From Eledone cirrhosa (lineage: Eukaryota), in contig OZ024743.1 in the NCBI GenBank assembly GCA_964016885.1, forward strand, positions 48,856,001 to 48,920,000: DNA of 64,000 bases, read 5' to 3'. This document shows, piece by piece, positions 41,288 through 53,200 of the stretch. Under the pieces are notes generated by a model, which saw only the letters and a program-made list of their open reading frames with translations, had not been told where the DNA came from and did not search any database. Numbering within the stretch: position 1 is the stretch's first letter; each line of letters starts with the position of its first letter. The position numbers and the translations under genes are program-made.

Positions 41288-44200
41288 CAGTAGTTCTGTG
41301 TGTTGTGCTCAACATGGCATTGTCCCCCAACTAAGACAACAGTAGCTCTGTGTGTTGTGTTCAACATGGCACTGTCCCACAACTAAGACAACAGTAGTTT
41401 TGTGTGTTGTGTTCAACATGGCATTGTCCCCCAACTAAGACAACAGTAGTTCTATTTTTTGTGTTCAACATGGCATTGTCCCCAACTAAGACAACAGTAG
41501 TTCTATGTGTTGTGTTCAGCATGGCATTGTCCCCAACTAAGACAACAGTAGTTCTATGTGTTGCGTTCAACATGGCATTGTCCCCCAACTAAGACAACAG
41601 TAGCTCTGTGTGTTGTGTTCAACATGGCATTGTCCGCCAACTAAGACAACAGTAGGTCTGTGTGTTGTGTTCAACATGGCATTGTCCCCCAACTAAGACA
41701 ACAGTAGTTCTATGTGTTGTGTTGAACATGGTATTGTCCCCCAACTAAGACAACAGTAGTTCTGTGTGTTGTGTTCAACATGGCATTGTCCCCAACTAAG
41801 ACAACAGTAGCTCTGTGTGTTGTGTTCAACATGGCATTGTCCCCCAACTAAGAAAACAGTAGTTCTATGTGTTGTGTTCAACATTGCATTGTCCCCAACT
41901 AAGACAACAGTAGTTCTGTGTGTTGTGTTCAACATGGCATTGTCCCCCCAACTAAGACAACAGTAGTTCTATGTGTTGTGTTCAACATGGCATTGCCCCC
42001 AACTAAGACAACAGTAGTTCTATGTGTTGTGTTCAACATGGCATTGTCCCCCAACTAAGACAACAGTAGCTCTGTGTGTTGTGTTCAACATGGCATTGTC
42101 CCCAACTAAGACAACAGTAGTTCTGTGTGTTGTGTTCAACATGGCATTGTCCCCCAACTAAGACAACAGTAGTTCTGTGTGTTGTGTTCAACATGGCATT
42201 CTCCCCCGACTAAGACAACAGTAGCTCTGTATGTTGTGTTCAACATGGTATTGTCCCCAACTAAGACAACAGAAGCTCTGTGTGTTGTGTTCAACATGGC
42301 ATTGTCCCCCAACTAAGACAACAGTAGTTCTATGTGTTGTGTTCAACATGGTATTGTCCCCCAACTAAGACAACAGTAGTTCTATGTGTTATGTTCAACA
42401 TGGCATTGTCCCCAACTAAGACAACAGTAGTTCTGTGTGTTGTGTTCAACATGGCATTGTCCCCAACTAAAACAACAGTAGCTCTGTGTGTTGTGTTCAA
42501 CATGGCATTGTCCCACAACTAAGACAACAGTAGCTCTGTGTGTTGTGTTCAACATGGCATTGTCCCACAACTAAGACAACAGTAGCTCTGTGTCGTGTTC
42601 AACATGGCATTGTCCCCCAACTAAGACAACAGTAGCTCTGTGTGTTGTGTTCAACATGGCATTGTCCCCCAACTAAGACGACAGTAGCTCTGTGTGTTGT
42701 GTTCAACATGGCATTGTCCCCCAACTAAGACAACAGTAGCTCTGTGTATTGTTTTCAACATGGCATTGTCCCCCAACTAAGACAACAGTAGTTCTGTGTG
42801 TTGTGTTCAACATGGCATTGTCACCCAACTAAGACAACAGTAGTTCTGTGTGTTGTATTCTACATGGCATTGTGCCCCAACTAAGACAACAGTAGGTCTG
42901 GGTGTTGTGTTCAACATGGCATTGTCCCCCAAATTAGACAACAGTAGTTCTGTGTGTTGTGTTGAACATGGCATTGTCCCCAACTAAGACAACAGTAGCT
43001 CTGTGTGTTGTGTTCAACATGGCATTGTCCCCCAACTAAAACAACTATAGTTCTGTGTGTTGTGTTCAACATGGCATTGTCCCCTAACTAAGACAACAGT
43101 AGTTCTATGTGTTGTGTTCAACATGGCATTGTCCCCCAACGAAGACAACAATAGTTCTGTGTGTTGTGTTCAACATGACATTGTCCCCCAACTAAGACAA
43201 CAGTAGTTCTGTGTGTTGTGTCAACATGGCATTGTCCCCAACTAAGACAACAGTAGTTCTATGTGTTGTGTTCAACATGGCATTGTCCCACATCTAAGAC
43301 AACAGTAGTTCTAAGTGTTGTGTTCAACATGGCATTGTCCCCAACTAAGACAACAGTAGTTCTATGTGTTGTGTTCAACATGGCATTGTCCCCCAACTAA
43401 GACAACAGTAGTTCTGTGTGTTGTGTTCAACATGGCATTGTCCGCCAACTAAGACAACAGTAGTTCTATGTGTTGTGTTCAACATGGCATTGTCCACAAT
43501 TAAGACAACAGTAGTTCTATGTGTTGTGTTCAACATGGCATTGTCCCACAACTAAGACAACAGTAGCTCTGTGTGTTGTGTTCAACATGGCATTGTCCCC
43601 CAACTAAGACAACAGTAGCTCTGTCTGTTGTGTTCAACATGGCATTGTCCCCCAACTAAGACAACAGTAGTTCTGTGTGTTGTGTTCAACATGGCATTGT
43701 CCCCAACTAAGACAACAGTAGTTCTATGTGTTGTGTTCAACATGGCATTGTCCCCCAACTAAGACAACAGTAGCTCTGTGTGTTGTGTTCAACATGGCAT
43801 TGTCCGCCAACTAAGACAACAGTAGCTCTGTGTGTTGTGTTCAACATGGCATTGTCCCCCAACTAAGACAACAGTAGTTCTATGTGTTGTGTTGAACATG
43901 GTATTGTCCCCAACTAAGACAACAGTAGTTCTGTGTGTTGTGTTCAACATGGCATTGTCCCCAACTAAGACAACAGTAGCTCTGTGTGTTGTGTTCAACA
44001 TGGCATTGTCCCCCAACTAAGAAAACAGTAGTTCTATGTGTTGTGTTCAACATTGCATTGTCCCCAACTAAGACAACAGTAGTTCTGTGTGTTGTGTTCA
44101 ACATGGCATTGTCCCCCCAACTAAGACAACAGTAGTTCTATGTGTTGTGTTCAACATGGCATTGCCCCCAACTAAGACAACAGTAGTTCTATGTGTTGTG

Positions 44201-47200
44201 TTCAACATGGCATTGTCCCACAACTAAGACAACAGTAGCTCTGTGTGTTGTGTTCAACATGGCTTTGTCCCCCAACTAAGACAACAGTAGTTCTATGTGT
44301 TATGTTCAACATGGCATTGTCCCCCAACTAAGACAACAGTAGCTCTGTGTGTTGTGTTCAACATGGCATTGTCCCCCAACTAAGACAACAGTAGTTCTAT
44401 GTGTTGTGTTCAACATGGCATTGTCCCCAACTAAGACAACAGTAGTTCTATGTGTTGTGTTCAACATGGCATTGTCCCCCAACTAAGACAACAGTAGTTC
44501 TGTGTGTTGTGTTCAACATGGCATTGTCCCCCAACTAAGACAACAGTAGCTCTGTGTGTTGTGTTGAACATGGCATTGTCCCCAACTAAGACAACAGTAG
44601 TTCTGTGTGTTGTGTTGAACATGGCATTGTCCCACAACTAAGACAACAGAAGCTCTGTGTGTTGTGTTCAACATGGCATTGTCCCCCAACTAAGACAACA
44701 GTAGCTCTGTGTGTTGTGTTCAACATGGCATTGTCCCCAACTAAGACAACAATAGTTCTGTGTGTTGTGTTCAACATGGCATTGTCCCCCAACTAAGACA
44801 ACAGTAGTTCTGTGTGTTGTGTTCAACATGGCATTGTCCCCCAACTAAGACAACAGTAGTTCTGTGTGTTGTGTTCAACATGGCATTGTCCCCCATCTAA
44901 GACAACAGTAGTTCTGTGTGTTGTGTTCAACATGGCATTGTCCCCCAACTAAGACAACATTAGTTCTATGTGTTGTGTTCAACATGGCATTGTCCCCCAA
45001 CTAAGACAACAGTAGCTCTGTGTGTTGTGTTCAACATGGCATTGTCCCACAACTAAGACAACAGTAGCTCTGTGTGTTTTGTTCAACATGGCATTGTCCC
45101 CCAACTAATACAACAGTAGCTCTGTGTGTTGTGTTGAACATGGCATTGTCCCCAACTAAGACAACAGTAGTTCTGTGTGTTGTGTTGAACATGGCATTGT
45201 CCCCCAACTAAGACAACAGTAGCTCTGTGTGTTGTGTTCAACATGGCATTGTCCCCCAACTAAGACAACAGTAGCTCTGTGTGTTGTGTTCAACATGGCA
45301 TTGTCCCCAACTAAGACAACAGTAGTTCTGTGTGTTGTGTTCAACATGGCATTGTCCCCCAACTAAGACAACAGTAGTTCTGTGTGTTGTGTTCAACATG
45401 GCATTGTCCCCCAACTAAGACAACAGTAGTTCTGTGTGTTGTGTTCAACATGGCATTGTCCCCCAACTAAGACAACAGTAGTTCTGTGTGTTGTGTTCAA
45501 CATGGCATTGTCCCCCAACTAAGACAACAGTAGCTCTGTGTGTTGTGTTCAACATGGCACTGTCCCACAACTAAGACAACAGTAGTTTTGTGTGTTGTGT
45601 TCAACATGGCATTGTCCCCCAACTAAGACAACAGTAGTTCTATGTGTTGTGTTCAACATGGCATTGTCCCCAACTAAGACAACAGTAGTTCTATGTGTTG
45701 TGTTCAACATGGCATTGTCCCCCAACTAAGACAACAGTAGTTCTGTGTGTTGTGTTCAACATGGCATTGTCCCCCAACTAAGACAACAGTAGCTCTGTGT
45801 GTTGTGTTGAACATGGCATTGTCCCCAACTAAGACAACAGTAGTTCTGTGTGTTGTGTTGAACATGGCATTGTCCCACAACTAAGACAACAGAAGCTCTG
45901 TGTGTTGTGTTCAACATGGCATTGTCCCCCAACTAAGACAACAGTAGCTCTGTGTGTTGTGTTCAACATGGCATTGTCCCCAACTAAGACAACAGTAGTT
46001 CTGTGTGTTGTGTTCAACATGGCATTGTCCCCCAACTAAGACAACAGTAGTTCTGTGTGTTGTGTTCAACATGGCATTGTCCCGCAACTAAGACAACAGT
46101 AGTTCTGTGTGTTGTGTTCAACATGGCATTGTCCCCCATCTAAGACAACAGTAGTTCTGTGTGTTGTGTTCAACATGGCATTGTCCCCCAACTAAGACAA
46201 CATTAGTTCTATGTGTTGTGTTCAACATGGCATTGTCCCCCAACTAAGACAACAGTAGCTCTGTGTGTTGTGTTCAACATGGCATTGTCCCACAACTAAG
46301 ACAACAGTAGCTCTGTGTGTTGTGTTCAACATGGCATTGTCCCACAACTAAGACAACAGTAGTTCTGTGTGTTGTGTTCAACATGGCATTGTCCCCCAAC
46401 TAAGACAACAGTAGTTCTATTTTTTGTGTTGAACATGGCATTGTCCCCCAACTAAGACAACAGTAGTTCTATGTGTTGTGTTCAACATGGCATTGTCCCA
46501 CAACTAAGACAACTGTAGTTCTGTGTGTTTTGTTCAACATGGCATTGTCCCCCAACTAATACAACAGTAGCTCTGTGTGTTGTGTTGAACATGGCATTGT
46601 CCCCAACTAAGACAACAGTAGTTCTGTGTGTTGTGTTGAACATGGCATTGTCCCCCAACTAAGACAACAGTAGCTCTGTGTGTTGTGTTCAACATGGCAT
46701 TGTCCCCCAACTAAGACAACAGTAGCTCTGTGTGTTGTGTTCAACATGGCATTGTCCCCAACTAAGACAACAGTAGTTCTGTGTGTTGTGTTCAACATGG
46801 CATTGTCCCCCAACTAAGACAACAGTAGTTCTGTGTGTTGTGTTCAACATGGCATTGTCCCCCAACTAAGACAACAGTAGTTCTGTGTGTTGTGTTCAAC
46901 ATGGCATTGTCCCCAAACTAAGACAACAGTAGTTCTGTGTGTTGTGTTCAACATGGCATTGTCCCCCAACTAAGACAACAGTAGCTCTGTGTGTTGTGTT
47001 CAACATGGCACTGTCCCACAACTAAGACAACAGTAGTTTTGTGTGTTGTGTTCAACATGGCATTGTCCCCCAACTAAGACAACAGTAGTTCTATTTTTTG
47101 TGTTCAACATGGCATTGTCCCCCAACTAAGACAACAGTAGTTCTATGTGTTGTGTTCAGCATGGCATTGTCCCCAACTAAGACAACAGTAGTTCTATGTG

Positions 47201-50200
47201 TTGCGTTCAACATGGCATTGTCCCCCAACTAAGACAACAGTAGCTCTGTGTGTTGTGTTCAACATGGCATTGTCCCCCAACTAAGAAAACAGTAGTTCTA
47301 TGTGTTGTGTTCAACATTGCATTGTCCCCAACTAAGACAACAGTAGTTCTGTGTGTTGTGTTCAACATGTCATTGTCCCCCCAACTAAGACAACAGTAGT
47401 TCTATGTGTTGTGTTCAACATGGCATTGCCCCCAACTAAGACAACAGTAGTTCTATGTGTTGTGTTCAACATGGCATTGTCCCCCAACTAAGACAACCGT
47501 AGCTCTGTGTGTTGTGTTCAACATGGCATTGTCCCCAACTAAGACAACAGTAGTTCTGTGTGTTGTGTTCAACATGGCATTGTCCCCCAACTAAGACAAC
47601 AGTAGTTCTGTGTGTTGTGTTCAACATGGCATTCTCCCCCGACTAAGACAACAGTAGCTCTGTATGTTGTGTTCAACATGGTATTGTCCCCAACTAAGAC
47701 AACAGAAGCTCTGTGTGTTGTGTTCAACATGGCATTGTCCCCCAACTAAGACAACAGTAGTTCTATGTGTTGTGTTCAACATGGTATTGTCCCCCAACTA
47801 AGACAACAGTAGTTCTATGTGTTATGTTCAACATGGCATTGTCCCCAACTAAGACAACAGTAGTTCTGTGTGTTGTGTTCAACATGGCATTGTCCCCAAC
47901 TAAAACAACAGTAGCTCTGTGTGTTGTGTTCAACATGGCATTGTCCCACAACTAAGACAACAGTAGCTCTGTGTGTTGTGTTCAACATGGCATTGTCCCA
48001 CAACTAAGACAACAGTAGCTCTGTGTCGTGTTCAACATGGCATTGTCCCCCAACTAAGACAACAGTAGCTCTGTGTGTTGTGTTCAACATGGCATTGTCC
48101 CCCAACTAAGACGACAGTAGCTCTGTGTGTTGTGTTCAACATGGCATTGTCCCCCAACTAAGACAACAGTAGCTCTGTGTATTGTTTTCAACATGGCATT
48201 GTCCCCCAACTAAGACAGCAGTAGTTCTGTGTGTTGTGTTCAACATGGCATTGTCACCCAACTAAGACAACAGTAGTTCTGTGTGTTGTATTCAACATGG
48301 CATTGTGCCCCAACTAAGACAACAGTAGGTCTGGGTGTTGTGTCCAACATGGCATAGTCCCACAACTAAGACAACAGTAGCTCTGTGTGTTGTGTTCAAC
48401 ATGGCATTGTCCCCCAAATTAGACAACAGTAGTTCTGTGTGTTGTGTTGAACATGGCATTGTCCCCAACTAAGACAACAGTAGCTCTGTGTGTTGTGTTC
48501 AACATGGCATTGTCCCCCAACTAAGACAACTATAGTTCTGTGTGTTGTGTTCAACATGGCATTGTCCCCTAACTAAGACAACAGTAGTTCTATGTGTTGT
48601 GTTCAACATGGCATTGTCCCCCAACGAAGACAACAATAGTTCTGTGTGTTGTGTTCAACATGACATTGTCCCCCAACTAAGACAACAGTAGTTCTGTGTG
48701 TTGTGTCAACATGGCATTGTCCCCAACTAAGACAACAGTAGTTCTATGTGTTGTGTTCAACATGGCATTGTCCCACATCTAAGACAACAGTAGTTCTAAG
48801 TGTTGTGTTCAACATGGCATTGTCCCCAACTAAGACAACAGTAGTTCTATGTGTTGTGTTCAACATGGCATTGTCCCCCAACTAAGACAACAGTAGTTCT
48901 GTGTGTTGTGTTCAACATGGCATTGTCCGCCAACTAAGACAACAGTAGTTCTATGTGTTGTGTTCAACATGGCATTGTCCACAATTAAGACAACAGAAGT
49001 TCTATGTGTTGTGTTCAACATGGCATTGTCCCACAACTAAGACAACAGTAGCTCTGTGTGTTGTGTTCAACATGGCATTGTCCCCCAACTAAGACAACAG
49101 TAGCTCTGTCTGTTGTGTTCAACATGGCATTGTCCCCCAACTAAGACAACAGTAGTTCTGTGTGTTGTGTTCAACATGGCATTGTCCCCAACTAAGACAA
49201 CAGTAGTTCTATGTGTTGTGTTCAACATGGCATTGTCCCCCAACTAAGACAACAGTAGCTCTGTGTGTTGTGTTCAACATAGCATTGTCCGCCAACTAAG
49301 ACAACAGTAGCTCTGTGTGTTGTGTTCAACATGGCATTGTCCCCCAACTAAGACAACAGTAGTTCTATGTGTTGTGTTGAACATGGTATTGTCCCCAACT
49401 AAGACAACAGTAGTTCTGTGTGTTGTGTTCAACATGGCATTGTCCCCAACTAAGACAACAGTAGCTCTGTGTGTTGTGTTCAACATGGCATTGTCCCCCA
49501 ACTAAGAAAACAGTAGTTCTATGTGTTGTGTTCAACATTGCATTGTCCCCAACTAAGACAACAGTAGTTCTGTGTGTTGTGTTCAACATGGCATTGTCCC
49601 CCCAACTAAGACAACAGTAGTTCTATGTGTTGTGTTCAACATGGCATTGCCCCCAACTAAGACAACAGTAGTTCTATGTGTTGTGTTCAACATGGCATTG
49701 TCCCACAACTAAGACAACAGTAGCTCTGTGTGTTGTGTTCAACATGGCTTTGTCCCCCAACTAAGACAACAGTAGTTCTATGTGTTATGTTCAACATGGC
49801 ATTGTCCCCCAACTAAGACAACAGTAGCTCTGTGTGTTGTGTTCAACATGGCATTGTCCCCCAACTAAGACAACAGTAGTTCTATGTGTTGTGTTCAACA
49901 TGGCATTGTCCCCAACTAAGACAACAGTAGTTCTATGTGTTGTGTTCAACATGGCATTGTCCCCCAACTAAGACAACAGTATTTCTGTGTGTTGTGTTCA
50001 ACATGGCATTGTCCCCCAACTAAGACAACAGTAGCTCTGTGTGTTGTGTTGAACATGGCATTGTCCCCAACTAAGACAACAGTAGTTCTGTGTGTTGTGT
50101 TGAACATGGCATTGTCCCACAACTAAGACAACAGAAGCTCTGTGTGTTGTGTTCAACATGGCATTGTCCCCCAACTAAGACAACAGTAGCTCTGTGTGTT

Positions 50201-53200
50201 GTGTTCAACATGGCATTGTCCCCAACTAAGACAACAGTAGTTCTGTGTGTTGTGTTCAACATGGCATTGTCCCCCAACTAAGACAACAGTAGTTCTGTGT
50301 GTTGTGTTCAACATGGCATTGTCCCCCAACTAAGACAACAGTAGTTCTGTGTGTTGTGTTCAACATGGCATTGTCCCCCATCTAAGACAACAGTAGTTCT
50401 GCGTGTTGTGTTCAACATGGCATTGTCCCCCAACTAAGACAACATTAGTTCTATGTGTTGTGTTCAACATGGCATTGTCCCCCAACTAAGACAACAGTAG
50501 CTCTGTGTGTTGTGTTCAACATGGCATTGTCCCACAACTAAGACAACAGTAGCTCTGTGTGTTGTGTTCAACATGGCATTGTCCCACAACTAAGACAACA
50601 GTAGTTCTGTGTGTTGTGTTCAACATGGCATTGTCCCCCAACTAAGACAACAGTAGTTCTATTTTTTGTGTTGAACATGGCATTGTCCCCCAACTAAGAC
50701 AACAGTAGTTCTATGTGTTGTGTTCAACATGGCATTGTCCCACAACTAAGACAACAGTAGTTCTGTGTGTTGTGTTCAACATGGCATTGTCCCCAACTAA
50801 GACAACAGTAGTTCTATGTGTTGTGTTCAACATGGCATTGTCCCCCAACTAAGACAACTGTAGTTCTGTGTGTTTTGTTCAACATGGCATTGTCCCCCAA
50901 CTAATACAACAGTAGCTCTGTGTGTTGTGTTGAACATGGCATTGTCCCCAACTAAGACAACAGTAGTTCTGTGTGTTGTGTTGAACATGGCATTGTCCCC
51001 CAACTAAGACAACAGTAGTTCTGTGTGTTGTGTTCAACATGGCATTGTCCCCCAACTAAGACAACAGTAGTTCTGTGTGTTGTGTTCAACATGGCATTGT
51101 CCCCCAACTAAGACAACAGTAGTTCTGTGTGTTGTGTTCAACATGGCATTGTCCCCCAACTAAGACAACAGTAGTTCTGTGTGTTGTGTTCAACATGGCA
51201 TTGTCCCCCAACTAAGACAACAGTAGCTCTGTGTGTTGTGTTCAACATGGCACTGTCCCACAACTAAGACAACAGTAGTTTTGTGTGTTGTGTTCAACAT
51301 GGCATTGTCCCCCAACTAAGACAACAGTAGTTCTATTTTTTGTGTTCAACATGGCATTGTCCCCCAACTAAGACAACAGTAGTTCTATGTGTTGTGTTCA
51401 ACATGGCATTGTCCCCAACTAAGACAACAGTAGTTCTATGTGTTGTGTTCAACATGGCATTGTCCCCCAACTAAGACAACAGTAGCTCTGTGTGTTGTGT
51501 TCAACATGGCATTGTCCCCCAACTAAGACAACAGTAGTTCTATGTGTTGCGTTCAACATGGCATTGTCCCCCAACTAAGACAACAGTAGTTCTGTGTGTT
51601 GTGTTCAACATGGCATTGTCCCCAACTAAGACAACAGTAGCTCTGTGTGTTGTGTTCAACATGGCATTGTCCCCCAACTAAGAAAACAGTAGTTCTATGT
51701 GTTGTATTCAACATTGCATTGTCCCCAACTAAGACAACAGTAGTTCTGTGTGTTGTGTTCAACATGGCATTGTCCCCCCAACTAAGACAACAGTAGTTCT
51801 ATGTGTTGTGTTCAACATGGCATTGCCCCCAACTAAGACAACAGTAGTTCTATGTGTTGTGTTCAACATGGCATTGTCCCACAACTAAGACAACAGTAGC
51901 TCTGTGTGTTGTGTTCAACATGGCTTTGTCCCCCAACTAAGACAACAGTAGTTCTATGTGTTGTGTTCAACATGGCATTGTCCCCCAACTAAGACAACAG
52001 TAGTTCTGTGTGTTGTGTTCAACATGGCATTGTCCCCCAACTAAGACAACAGTAGTTCTATGTGTTGTGTTGAACATGGTATTGTCCCCAACTAAGACAA
52101 CAGTAGTTCTGTGTGTTGTGTTCAACATGGCATTGTCCCACAACTAAGACAACAGTAGCTCTGTGTGTTGTGTTCAACATGGCATTGTCCCCCAACTAAG
52201 AAAACAGTAGTTCTATGTGTTGTGTTCAACATTGCATTGTCCCCAACTAAGACAACAGTAGTTCTGTGTGTTGTGTTGAACATGGCATTGTCCCACAACT
52301 AAGACAACAGAAGCTCTGTGTGTTGTGTTCAACATGGCATTGTCCCACAACTAAGACAACAGTAGTTCTGTGTGTTGTGTTCAACATGGCATTGTCCCCC
52401 AACTAAGACAACAGTAGTTCTATTTTTTGTGTTGAACATGGCATTGTCCCCCAACTAAGACAACAGTAGTTCTATTTTTTGTGTTCAACATGGCATTGTC
52501 CCCCAACTAAGACAACAGTAGTTCTATGTGTTGTGTTCAACATGGCATTGTCCCCAACTAAGACAACAGTAGTTCTATGTGTTGCGTTCAACATGGCATT
52601 GTCCCCCAACTAAGACAACAGTAGCTCTGTGTGTTGTGTTCAACATGGCATTGTCCGCCAACTAAGACAACAGTAGGTCTGTGTGTTGTGTTCAACATGG
52701 CATTGTCCCCCAACTAAGACAACAGTAGTTCTATGTGTTGTGTTGAACATGGTATTGTCCCCCAACTAAGACAACAGTAGTTCTGTGTGTTGTGTTCAAC
52801 ATGGCATTGTCCCCAACTAAGACAACAGTAGCTCTGTGTGTTGTGTTCAACATGGCATTGTCCCCCAACTAAGAAAACAGTAGTTCTATGTGTTGTGTTC
52901 AACATTGCATTGTCCCCAACTAAGACAACAGTAGTTATGTGTGTTGTGTTCAACATGGCATTGTCCCCCCAACTAAGACAACAGTAGTTCTATGTGTTGT
53001 GTTCAACATGGCATTGCCCCCAACTAAGACAACAGTAGTTCTATGTGTTGTGTTCAACATGGCATTGTCCCACATCTAAGACAACAGTAGCTCTGTGTGT
53101 TGTGTTGAACATGGCTTTGTCCCCCAACTAAGACAACAGTAGTTCTATGTGTTGTGTTCAACATGGCATTGTCCCCCAACTAAGACAACAGTAGTTCTGT

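Larger units (their letters stand above)
21380..50700. repeat. Dispersed copies of a ~3-kb variant block at about 21.4-24.6 kb, 42.0-45.0 kb and 47.5-50.7 kb
   Basis: ORF-track triplets 21690/42330/47763, 23201/43789/49274 and 23998/44586/50071 give offsets of 20640 then 20588, and 26073. Confidence 0.88.
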
